Positions 17,971-27,195 of a stretch of 48,765 bases of DNA are shown piece by piece; within the stretch, counting starts at the first letter, position 1; every line of letters begins with the position of its first letter. A model generated the notes under the pieces. That model searched no databases. It was not told where the DNA came from and worked only from the letters and a program-made list of their open reading frames with translations. The position numbers and the translations under genes were made by a program. The stretch covers positions 996-49,760 of the forward strand of contig CAYQPU010000008.1 in the NCBI GenBank assembly GCA_964419615.1, read 5' to 3'. The stretch comes from an uncultured Methanosarcinales archaeon (GTDB taxonomy: Archaea; Nanobdellota; Nanobdellia; Woesearchaeales; JAGVZT01).

Positions 17971-19475
17971 TTTAAATTATCTGGAGATTTATCTTTTTCA
18001 ACAGTCTCAATCAAAATATCTTCTTCTTCATAATAATAGTTCATTATTTTTCCAACTTCATCCACTTCAGTTATGTTGTTTTTTACCATCCAGTTTAGGA
18101 TTTTTTTCTTTTGCTCTAGATCTTTATTGATTTCTTCAGGAGTCATTCCGGTATGTAGGTTTAAATCCTCCACTACTCTTATGCTTTCTTTTACTTTTAG
18201 GAATTCATCTTTTCTTGGATTCCAACGATATAGATAATTCAGACCCAGGTCTCCTTCTGCACCTTGGATAACTTCTGCTAATTCCAAGGTTCTTCTAATA
18301 CCTCTTCTTCTGTCTCTGTATTGGACAAGTATTAATTGTAAGGCTTCAATTTCTGTTTTGGGAATTGCTATTGGTGGTTCTATTAATCTTCTTTTAACCT
18401 GTTGAACAGTGTCAGCGTGAATTGTTGCGTATACACTATGTCCTGTGTGCATTGCTTCAAACAAAGCCTCAGCTTGGTTTCTTCTTCTGACTTCTCCAAC
18501 TATTATTCGATCTGGTCTCATTCTAAGTGAAGCCACCATAAGATCAAGCATTGTTACTTCTCCATGACCTTCAGGATTTGCTATTCTGCTTGTCATAGGA
18601 ACCCAATTCCAATGCAAATTCTTTGGAAGAAATATTTCTCTTGTATCTTCAATACTAATTATTCTTTGAGTTGGAGGTAAGAATGTACATATTCCATTTA
18701 GCATAGATGTTTTTCCTGAAGCTGTTCCTCCTGCCACAAGAACATTTAATTCATACTGAATTGCAAGCCACAAAAATGCAGCTATTTCTGCAGACATAGT
18801 TTTTGTTTCTGGTTTCATGAAATGAGTTGCTGTCCAAGGATTTCTCGCGAATCTTCTAATTGTGATGGTATTCCCAAATGTGGTAATCGGAAAAAGTGTA
18901 GAAGCTACTCTGTCTCCAGATAAAAGATGTGCATCCATAATCGGGTGTAATGCATTAATTTCAGTTCCAACTTTTCTTCCGATTTGAGATGATAGATTAT
19001 ATATTTCAGATTCGCTTGTAATGTGCTTGTTAGTTTCACACCAACCATACTTTTTATGGTACACAGTTAATGGTCCTTTACTGCTATTAATTGCTAGTTC
19101 TTCTAATTGATTGTCTGCAAGGATAACATCAATATCACCCAAACCATACATTTTATGAAGTAATATTCCAGACAAGATGTTTGTTTTGTTTTCCTCAAGT
19201 CCAAGTTTTTGGGCTACTTCTTTTTTAATTTGCATAAAAAATTGTTGTTTTTGTAATTTTGCTTTTTTTGCATCAATTACATCTTCATTATCAAGTTTGA
19301 CTTTTGATGCAAGCTCAGTGACCATATTATCTAATAGTGCTTGAGTTGCTGTTCCAACTGTTGGAATTTCCAATTCATACAAAGGTACGGTCCTGTGTTT
19401 TATTGCCCAGATTGTAACTTTGGCAGGGACATGATCTGCAACAACAGTATATGTTTCTAGTAGGTTTTTTTCCAT
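17967..19475 (-). CDS. Pilus assembly ATPase, VirB11/TadA/CpaF family
   Basis: Walker A GGTASGKTS, Asp box IEDTRE, Walker B LRMRPDRIIVGEVR, His box TGHSVYATIHA. Confidence 0.95.
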   Translation of the reverse strand: MEKNLLETYTVVADHVPAKVTIWAIKHRTVPLYELEIPTVGTATQALLDNMVTELASKVKLDNEDVIDAKKAKLQKQQFFMQIKKEVAQKLGLEENKTNILSGILLHKMYGLGDIDVILADNQLEELAINSSKGPLTVYHKKYGWCETNKHITSESEIYNLSSQIGRKVGTEINALHPIMDAHLLSGDRVASTLFPITTFGNTITIRRFARNPWTATHFMKPETKTMSAEIAAFLWLAIQYELNVLVAGGTASGKTSMLNGICTFLPPTQRIISIEDTREIFLPKNLHWNWVPMTSRIANPEGHGEVTMLDLMVASLRMRPDRIIVGEVRRRNQAEALFEAMHTGHSVYATIHADTVQQVKRRLIEPPIAIPKTEIEALQLILVQYRDRRRGIRRTLELAEVIQGAEGDLGLNYLYRWNPRKDEFLKVKESIRVVEDLNLHTGMTPEEINKDLEQKKKILNWMVKNNITEVDEVGKIMNYYYEEEDILIETVEKDKSPDNLK

Positions 19476-21125
19476 TTAGATCAGCCTGTACACAACAAAT
19501 GAGATGCCTCCAAGTACAACTAGTATGATGTAAACCAATAATGCAATTTTTAATTTTTTTGAGGTTGACATTGGTGCTTTTTGTTCCTTTGGTTCTTTTA
19601 ACTCCTTAGGTTCCAGTGGTACTTTTGGGTCGCCAAGGTGCTTGGGTTGTTTTGGTTTTTTTTCTCTTTTAAGTTTTTTGAATTTTGGTTTTTTTGGTAA
19701 TTTTAAGCCTTTTAATTTCTGAGGCTTTGGCTCATTGGGATCTAATTTAACTTTTGTTTTTTTGGTTTCCTTTGTTTCAGGTAGACCCTTTTTTCGCATG
19801 ATAATTCCCCCAAAAAGAGGATATTCAATGTCAATGAGATCCTGATCATGAAGAATTTTTGCCCAAGACTCAAGCTGGCTCTCTTCAATGTTGGATTGTT
19901 CTGCAAGATATCTTAGATCAACTGTACCAACACTTAATACATAATTGTACACTTCATCTATCATTGTTTGATAAGCTATGCCTTTGGGAAGGTTAACATG
20001 AGCTTGATTTAGGTTGGGTACTTGCGGGTTTTGTTGGGGATTTTGCGGAGTGTTTTGTTGAAGATTTTGTTGCTGACATTGCTGCGGGTTTTGCTGCTGT
20101 GGTTGCACGGGTTGCTGTGGTATTGAAGGTTGGACTGGTGGCTGAATTGGAGATTGAATTGGTGGTTGTGGTTGCGAGGGTGGCTGTTGCACGGTTTGTT
20201 GAGGAGGTTGTGATTGAAGATTAGCTTGTTGAGGCATGGATTCTGATTGCTGTAAAAAATTCGAGTTTGGTTCAGGTTGTGTTACTTGATCTTGCTGTTG
20301 TGTTGGTGGTTGAACTAGTGGTTGCACTTGAGAAGGTAAAGGTTGTACTGGTTGAGGAATAGGTTGTTGGGATTGGATTGGTTGAGGATTTTGTTGATTA
20401 TTTTGATCTGGATTTTCGTTTTTGACTTTTTTATTAGATAGCTGTTGAATTGCATTCTGGATCTCAACTTGATGCTGATCAGAACTTTCAGGTTGCTGTG
20501 AGGATTGTACTGGTGCTTGCACTGGCTGTGGCTGCTGATTAGGTGTTTGATCTGGTTGGCCAGATTGTGATAATACTGGTTGAACTGGTGGTTGCTCAGG
20601 GGATTGCACTGGAGGTTGGATTGGTGGCTGTGCAGGTGGTTGAATTGGGGGTTGGACTGGTGGCTGCACTGAAGGTTGTGTTGCTGCCTGCACCTCTGGC
20701 TGCTCAGTGGTTTGCTGTTGAGCTTGCTGTGGAATCTGCTCAGGAGTTTGTGTTTGAACAGGAACTGCTGGCTGTTCAGCTGGTTTTTGAACTAAATGAT
20801 CTGGAATATCATGTTTGTCAAATTCATGAGGTTCTGGTTTGAATACTTTTATTCCTTGCGAGGGTTCTGATATTGAAACAGATGGTACAGCAGGAGGGTT
20901 AGCAGGAGGGTTAGCAGAAGGATTAACTGGAGGATTAACATGGGGATCATTATTTTGAGGGGTCACAGGTTGAGAAGAAGGTGTGTTTTCACCTTGTGCA
21001 GCACTACTTGGGGGATTTTGCTCAACAGGAATTGGCTTTGGGCTTGGAGCTGCAATTTCTTTAGCTTTGCTTGCTAGCTCAAAGAACTTTTCCTTTTTTT
21101 CAGCATATTTAGATGCCTGCTCCAC
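19476..21125 (-). CDS. Gln/Pro-rich low-complexity protein with small folded domain and C-terminal TM anchor
   Basis: Long Q/P-rich tract, then IDEVYNYV...LESWAKILHDQDLIDIEYP, Lys-rich linker, terminal TM; stop directly abuts the ATPase ATG. Confidence 0.85.
   Translation of the reverse strand: MEQASKYAEKKEKFFELASKAKEIAAPSPKPIPVEQNPPSSAAQGENTPSSQPVTPQNNDPHVNPPVNPSANPPANPPAVPSVSISEPSQGIKVFKPEPHEFDKHDIPDHLVQKPAEQPAVPVQTQTPEQIPQQAQQQTTEQPEVQAATQPSVQPPVQPPIQPPAQPPIQPPVQSPEQPPVQPVLSQSGQPDQTPNQQPQPVQAPVQSSQQPESSDQHQVEIQNAIQQLSNKKVKNENPDQNNQQNPQPIQSQQPIPQPVQPLPSQVQPLVQPPTQQQDQVTQPEPNSNFLQQSESMPQQANLQSQPPQQTVQQPPSQPQPPIQSPIQPPVQPSIPQQPVQPQQQNPQQCQQQNLQQNTPQNPQQNPQVPNLNQAHVNLPKGIAYQTMIDEVYNYVLSVGTVDLRYLAEQSNIEESQLESWAKILHDQDLIDIEYPLFGGIIMRKKGLPETKETKKTKVKLDPNEPKPQKLKGLKLPKKPKFKKLKREKKPKQPKHLGDPKVPLEPKELKEPKEQKAPMSTSKKLKIALLVYIILVVLGGISFVVYRLI
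20890..20937. repeat. Coding 12-bp tandem repeat x4 (NPPV/NPSA/NPPA/NPPA)
   Basis: gcaggagggtta gcaggagggtta gcagaaggatta actggaggatta. Confidence 0.8.
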
Positions 21126-21191
21126 TAGATCACCCCTTTTTAATATATTGTACTTTTTTATTTTATATATATATCTTTTTATTAATTTTTA

Positions 21192-22034
21192 TTAATATTC
21201 CCCTCCAATTAAGATTTCGCCTTGTTTTCCCAAATCCGCTGCCAGAGATTGAATTCTAATTTGTCCGGCTGTTATTCTTATTTTCTCTTCAGTAATGTTG
21301 TGTATTAGGTTTAATTGTGTTATATTAACTGAGGTATCTGAGCTTATTTGCAGGATTCCTGGCTGGACAATATCACCAAATTCTACCTTTATTTCATCAC
21401 CAGATTCAAGTCTAATAGTAAAATCTTCATTAACAAGGCTAGGATCCAAATTAGCATGTGTGTCACTAAAAAGCTGCTTTCCTGATGCATCATATATATC
21501 GACTTCAAGTTCTGTGTTGCCTGTATCGACTGGAGAACTGTTTGTATGGTTATCTGCATCCTCATTGATTATAATTGTGATTGAGATTCTTTTTAGGTGT
21601 GATATGTTATTTAACACCTGAATTGAGCCGTTTAATAAAAAATTGGTCCCATATGGTTTGATTTCAAAATCAGGGGTGAAATTTTGCAGGCTCACATTAA
21701 TATTGTTTTTTTGCGAGTAATAGCTTTGAACATAATCCACATAATCAAAATATTCCGAAGAAAAATCAGTGCCAGTTTGATATTCGCTGATGCTGAACCC
21801 TAATGTTAGGTTGTTTGCTTGCCTGCTAATGGAATTAATATTGAACTTACATATATCACTAAAAACATCTGAGACTATGTCATCCTCATAGTATTTTATT
21901 TGTGAGTTTGTATTAATTTCTGTAAATAAAATATTCATATTCCTATTTTTGTGAGTGTATGAGCCTGTTAATACAAATAGCGAAAATAGCATTAAGAAAG
22001 TGATTATTGTGAATAGTGCTGCTTTTTTGTTCAT
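21192..22034 (-). CDS. Minor pilin-like protein (class III signal peptide)
   Basis: MNKKA|ALFTIITFLMLFSLFVL; Asn-rich extracellular-type remainder. Confidence 0.75.
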   Translation of the reverse strand: MNKKAALFTIITFLMLFSLFVLTGSYTHKNRNMNILFTEINTNSQIKYYEDDIVSDVFSDICKFNINSISRQANNLTLGFSISEYQTGTDFSSEYFDYVDYVQSYYSQKNNINVSLQNFTPDFEIKPYGTNFLLNGSIQVLNNISHLKRISITIIINEDADNHTNSSPVDTGNTELEVDIYDASGKQLFSDTHANLDPSLVNEDFTIRLESGDEIKVEFGDIVQPGILQISSDTSVNITQLNLIHNITEEKIRITAGQIRIQSLAADLGKQGEILIGGEY

Positions 22035-22429
22035 GTATACCAGCCTTCCATTTTAGCAAGATATGCTTGTCTGTTTACTAAGAATACTCTTCTTACGATG
22101 AGAAATTCCTGAGGTTGAGTGCAACCAGCTTTGGTTGCTGTCTTGATTACTGTCTCTGTTTGATCTATTATTAGGATTTCTGCACATGTGTTTGTGGGTA
22201 GGCCTGCAATAAAATCTTGCAGATGCAAGGAAGAAACGTTTGTAACTGAATCTTTTAGTGCACCATTTTTTTCAAGGACTGCTAAGCTATCCATTAGCTG
22301 ACGATGCATGTCATTATTGTGTGTTGCAACGTCTACTTTTGAGATGTAAAAAATTATTGAGAGAATAAATGCTGTAGCAACTATTATTGCTATGGTTGCA
22401 TCCAATGTGAAAATTAATCCTTTTTTCAT
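22031..22429 (-). CDS. Minor pilin-like protein (class III signal peptide)
   Basis: MKKG|LIFTLDATIAIIVATAFILSIIF; ATG 22429 preferred over track TTG 22447. Confidence 0.8.
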   Translation of the reverse strand: MKKGLIFTLDATIAIIVATAFILSIIFYISKVDVATHNNDMHRQLMDSLAVLEKNGALKDSVTNVSSLHLQDFIAGLPTNTCAEILIIDQTETVIKTATKAGCTQPQEFLIVRRVFLVNRQAYLAKMEGWYT

Positions 22430-22481
22430 TTTTTGTTTTTTTCTCAAAGTCCTTTTTTATCTTTTACAACTAATTAATTTT

Positions 22482-23945
22482 TCATTTTGAAAACTTCACA
22501 TAACCAATTGTGTTTTTGCTTTCTTCATTTTCTGTGTAACTAATTGTGATGTCTTGTTTTTGAGTGCCGGAATCCGCCGGAAGATCGCACTTGAATGTTG
22601 TTGTTTCATCACCAGTTATGGTGGTACTTGTTGGAGTGCATTGTGAGAATAATGTTAATGTCATTTCTTCTACATTATCCTGACTTAAAAGTCCAACTTC
22701 AAGATTGATTGTATTTTCTGCGATTTCCCAATTTTTACATTTGAATCCTGCAATACTACAGGCATCTGGGAGTAGGAGTGCAACTCCACCATCAATAACT
22801 TTCTTACAATTGTCTGCCAGATTAGTATCTGATATTTTGCTGCAGAATGATGAATCTTCTTTTAGTTTTGCAAGCTCATAATAACAATTGTTTTTGTCAG
22901 ATAGTGCTTCGCACACATTTTCGTCAGAGTATTGCATTGCTATTTGGAACAAACAGTCTTCACTTTTACTAAGCTCATTGCAAAGTAAAGTATCTTTTGT
23001 TGTTATTGCGATAGTAAACAAACATTCTTGTTTTTGCATTAATCCTAGATTACTATCTTCACAAGCTTTTTGATTTAGTATTTGTTGTATGGTGTTTAGG
23101 ATACATGCTGAAGGTAAGTCGCTTTGAAGACACATTTCATGGTTTTGTGTGTTTACAGCTAGGTATTCAAAACATTTCTTCCTAAAGACAATGTTTGATA
23201 TTGCCTTACATTGGGAAGTGTCTGAGCTTAATGAAGCTTTTCTAGCTGATATTTCATTTATTCAATAATTTCTATCACTGTTAGAGAGCAGTTCACAGTA
23301 GTTTTGGTCATGGTATTCATACGCAAGCTCTTTTATGCATAAATTTTTTGATGTTGTTGGTAGCTTGTCACAGGATTTTAAGGAACCTGTCTTGACTGCT
23401 ACATCGATTTTGCATTCAACTGGTGAATTTGGAAATAAAACTTGAGGATTTGGGAATTGAAGTATTGATTTTGATATTCCTTTTTCACATAAACCCATAT
23501 CATTTCTAACAAATGCTAATGAATAATAGCAGTCATTTTTTATTTCTGGATCAACATTATCACAGCTGCTTTTGTCTTTTTCAAGGATACTTAAGCACAT
23601 TTGTTTATAACCAGATGCTTTACTGCAAAACTTTTCATTGTTAGCTCTTATAGCAAGATTTAACCAACATTTGTCAATTAAAGGTTGATACCCGAGTTTT
23701 TGGCAGTAAGATTCTGTTTGAGCAATTTGGGTTGCAGGAGCTTCATACAAGTGTGTTATTTGATTTAGAGTTCCTGTTTTTCTTAAAAAAATAATTCCTA
23801 ATGTGATTAATAGTATTACACTGACTATAATTAAGATCTTCCAAGGAATTTGTGGTTTGGACTTGAGTTTAATTTGAGGTTCAGAGTGTTGTATTTTTTT
23901 TATTTGTAATTTAGGGTTATTCCCCCATTCGTTCATGGCATGCAT
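22482..23945 (-). pseudogene. Membrane-anchored Cys-rich repeat surface protein (487 codons) interrupted by one in-frame TGA at 23262-23264
   Basis: Track ORFs 23262-23945 and 22482-23135 are in the same frame; the 42 codons between them are open and continue the C-x10-C repeat. Confidence 0.85.
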
Positions 23946-26311
23946 GCAGCCACCTCCATATTTCCTAATGTTAAGTAACCTTGTGAGGATGAAGTAACAC
24001 CAATCACGTATTCAAAAGGTCCCATTCCACAATTATCAGATGCATTTTGGACTGCATTCCAGATGTTTGGTTTCGGATATAAGTATTCCGGTGTGCTGTT
24101 GGTACCATTTAGTGTTGTGTTGTATTGAAGATTCACTATGTTGATTGTTGAAGGATATTCTGGTTCTAATATCAAACCAACTATTTCATCAAGCATTGCT
24201 GCTGCGCCTGCTGGATCCATGGCATTGTATGCAATGCCACCTGAACAATTTGCAATGTTATACAAGGTTTCACAAGCTGCAGTATCTCCAGCATAATCAC
24301 AATCTCCTTCAAATCCTGGGGTAAATAGATAAGATGGGCCAATTCCAAGTGGATAGATTGTTATTTGATCTCTTGGAAATGAATCATTACATACATATTC
24401 ATCTGCATCACCATAATTTTCTGAACCGTCTGAGATTAAGATTATGTAATTATCTTCATTTGGATTACCGTTTTCAGTGATTATCACGGATACTTCTAAA
24501 CCAGATTGAATGTTTGTTGCACCTCCTGCAGAATAACCTCCAGCCAAGGTTTTAAGTGAATTTTCATCATTTGTAAGAAAGCTGACAATATTCCCATTTG
24601 TTTCAAACATTGATAATCCCACAAGGTTGTCTGGGCTGTTGTTTAGTAATGAATGAATAATGCCACCAAATTCAGTTTCACTGTTATTGATTCCATTTTG
24701 AAGGCAGCGTGCAAGGGATATTCTTCTACTAGAGTTGTCAAAAATTAAATCATCTGTGCAAGACCTATCTGTTCCCCATGCATTCAGATTAAACATCCAG
24801 TTCATACTTCCTGAAACATCAGTAAGGATTACTGTAGATGTTGGATTTGATGAAGTTCCATTTCCAAAGTATTGTTGGTCATTATACACATCAATATCTG
24901 CTTTTACTATTTGTGATTGACAGGGGATTAGTATTGATGCAGTTGTGCTTGAATATGGTGGGTCATCTCCACTAAAGAGAAGATCTATATCTGTTGCTCC
25001 ACTTGTGAATGTATTAAAGAAAACAAAGTTTGGTTTGTCAAGTGGACATGAGATACATACTGAATCAACAACATAATCTGCTTGGTTTTCACAGCAAGCA
25101 ACAGTATAATCATCTCCAACGATTAAGTATTCACCAGGGTCACAGTATCCTATACCAAGGGTATCTGTCCGTTCCCAGAGCATCAAGGTAATGTTTGTGT
25201 ATTCATTTTCAACTAATGCTATTCGATTATTTATTACAATGCTGGTTGCATCTGTCTGAGGGTAGAAACCCATATTCAGCGTTGCTTTTTGTTCTGGTAG
25301 ATTAAGTATGAATCGGACATCATTATATTTTACACCACCAGTTTGGTTATATACTTCTCCTTCTGTGTCTGGGACATAATAGACACGGCCTTGACCATAA
25401 TCAAAAAAGCCAACCAACATGGAACCTGAAGTGTGCTGAACAACCACATTAAAATTTGATTGATTTGCAAGCCTATAGCCTTGCTGGAATTCTACAGTGT
25501 CATTTTGATCTGCACTCTGTATCATTATATCAGTGTTGACAATTGTTCCATTTTCCTGAGTTATGTTGGTTGCTGTTACACTAAAGAGTTCAATTATTTG
25601 CCCATATTGTTTTTGAATGTATACTCCTCCATTGTCAACCCAATCTGTTAAATGAGCTGTTTGCTCTGCGGTTAGATCTGACGGGACAAGCCAGGGATCT
25701 TCAAAAACAACAACTTCATAGGTTGAAATTTCTTGGATCAAGGTTTGCCAATCATCTTCATAATCTGTGAACGTAACATTATTGTTTTCAAGGTAACTTC
25801 TGATTCCAGATTTTGAGTCTGATCCCTCTGACACATCACCATTTGCATAAGAGTAGGCAATTTTGTTTCCATCAAAAAAACCTGTTGTAATAAAAGGAGT
25901 TGTCTTCCTAAGTCTTAGATAATATTCATAGCCTGGGCCACGTAATCCCAATACTCTCTTTACACCTTCATAATTTACATTATCAATTTCTTTTAGTTTC
26001 TGGATTTTTTTTAGACTTAGATTCCATGGAGATGTTGAGGCAAGACCAATTGATCCAATATATGATTCATTAAATTTGTCTGTGTTAACATTATACCAAT
26101 CTGATGGACTTCCAGGGCTTTCAATTAGTGCAGAGGATGCAAAATCTGAGACCAGGTCTAAGTTTATTCTTTTATCTGTTAAGATCATTCTTTCCCTGCT
26201 ATAGTCCCAAACCCAAGCAATAATAAGCAAAATAAATATGAATGCGAGCATAGCAACTGTGATATCTGTTGAGAACATCTGGGATTTTTTATTTGATTTA
26301 GTTCTAACCAA
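23933..26311 (-). CDS. Large pilin-like adhesin with vWA domain
   Basis: KKS|QMFSTDITVAMLAFIFILL class III N-terminus; MIDAS DVSGSM, GATNIQSGL, ILISDG; many NxS/T sequons. Confidence 0.85.
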   Translation of the reverse strand: MVRTKSNKKSQMFSTDITVAMLAFIFILLIIAWVWDYSRERMILTDKRINLDLVSDFASSALIESPGSPSDWYNVNTDKFNESYIGSIGLASTSPWNLSLKKIQKLKEIDNVNYEGVKRVLGLRGPGYEYYLRLRKTTPFITTGFFDGNKIAYSYANGDVSEGSDSKSGIRSYLENNNVTFTDYEDDWQTLIQEISTYEVVVFEDPWLVPSDLTAEQTAHLTDWVDNGGVYIQKQYGQIIELFSVTATNITQENGTIVNTDIMIQSADQNDTVEFQQGYRLANQSNFNVVVQHTSGSMLVGFFDYGQGRVYYVPDTEGEVYNQTGGVKYNDVRFILNLPEQKATLNMGFYPQTDATSIVINNRIALVENEYTNITLMLWERTDTLGIGYCDPGEYLIVGDDYTVACCENQADYVVDSVCISCPLDKPNFVFFNTFTSGATDIDLLFSGDDPPYSSTTASILIPCQSQIVKADIDVYNDQQYFGNGTSSNPTSTVILTDVSGSMNWMFNLNAWGTDRSCTDDLIFDNSSRRISLARCLQNGINNSETEFGGIIHSLLNNSPDNLVGLSMFETNGNIVSFLTNDENSLKTLAGGYSAGGATNIQSGLEVSVIITENGNPNEDNYIILISDGSENYGDADEYVCNDSFPRDQITIYPLGIGPSYLFTPGFEGDCDYAGDTAACETLYNIANCSGGIAYNAMDPAGAAAMLDEIVGLILEPEYPSTINIVNLQYNTTLNGTNSTPEYLYPKPNIWNAVQNASDNCGMGPFEYVIGVTSSSQGYLTLGNMEVAACMP

Positions 26312-26723
26312 GGCTTATAACCCCCAATTGGTTTGTGATGTTGATTGGGTATGAGATATCTGTTATTACTCCTGTGATGTTTGAGGTGATTATTTGGCTT
26401 GAGTATTGTCTTACCTGTGTACCTGATCCCCAAACTACAATCACAGTGTGATGTATGTTGTTAATGCTTAGTGTGTAATTTGTTCCATCCTGTAGATTGT
26501 AAGGAAGATTAACTTGGGTGCTGGCTCCGTTTCCTGCAAGATACACTGAATTAATTCCAGAGGCCAGTTTGTCTGCGCTCAATTTAGCATCCATACTTCT
26601 TTGACTAAGTACGTTTTCTGCGGATCTTTTACTTACTCCAGATAAGACAATTAAGAATATGATCATGGCAACTGACATTATAATGATAAGCTCAGTGCTC
26701 ACCATTGCTTTAGTCTTTAACAT
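26304..26723 (-). CDS. Minor pilin (class III signal peptide)
   Basis: MLKTKA|MVSTELIIIMSVAMIIFLIVL; ASGINSVYLAGNG resembles the helix in the 869-aa protein N-terminal domain. Confidence 0.82.
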   Translation of the reverse strand: MLKTKAMVSTELIIIMSVAMIIFLIVLSGVSKRSAENVLSQRSMDAKLSADKLASGINSVYLAGNGASTQVNLPYNLQDGTNYTLSINNIHHTVIVVWGSGTQVRQYSSQIITSNITGVITDISYPINITNQLGVISLG

Positions 26724-27195
26724 GCTGACTCCTTGTCTTTGTTACCTTTATTGGAAAACGAGTTGAGTGTTTTATGCTCGGCTGCGGATTTGCAGTGGGT
26801 ATTTTTGGGGATATTGAGCTTATTTGGGATTCACATCCTTTTATTAAGATATCAATATTAAAGACTTTGCTCACTTGGCTTTGTTCTGAATAACCTTGTC
26901 TATACCATTCAGTGATTGAGTTTGATTGAAAAGATGTGGTTTTTGGTTTTAATTTAATGCTAGTTTCTTCTTGGCCCTCAATAAAAATTTGAGCTCGGTA
27001 TGGCTTTGTTTCAGGGTTCAAAATTATTAGATAAACATCATCATCTGTTAGAGGAGGAGATAGACGTGCATCCACTTCATAGTTTACTCCTAGCTTTGAT
27101 GGACAGTCTAATTTTGGGTTTATGAATTTGGGGATTGTATAAGCAGCTCCAGCTATCAAGATCACAATGATTAATCCTATCCAAATTGCTTTCAT
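26710..27195 (-). CDS. Hypothetical membrane-anchored protein in pilus operon
   Basis: N-terminal TM MKAIWIGLIIVILIAGAAY; overlaps both neighbours. Confidence 0.7.
   Translation of the reverse strand: MKAIWIGLIIVILIAGAAYTIPKFINPKLDCPSKLGVNYEVDARLSPPLTDDDVYLIILNPETKPYRAQIFIEGQEETSIKLKPKTTSFQSNSITEWYRQGYSEQSQVSKVFNIDILIKGCESQISSISPKIPTANPQPSIKHSTRFPIKVTKTRSQHVKD

Noticed and set aside
16101-19475. Archaellum (motility) operon
   Set aside because: Two TadB/C-type genes rather than one ArlJ, no recognisable ArlF/ArlG or chemotaxis genes, and most pilins are of the QxSxE type
20543-21195. Plus-strand track ORFs 20543-20842 and 20983-21195, and other short antisense ORFs
   Set aside because: Shadows of longer, motif-supported genes; the low-complexity codons lack antisense stops
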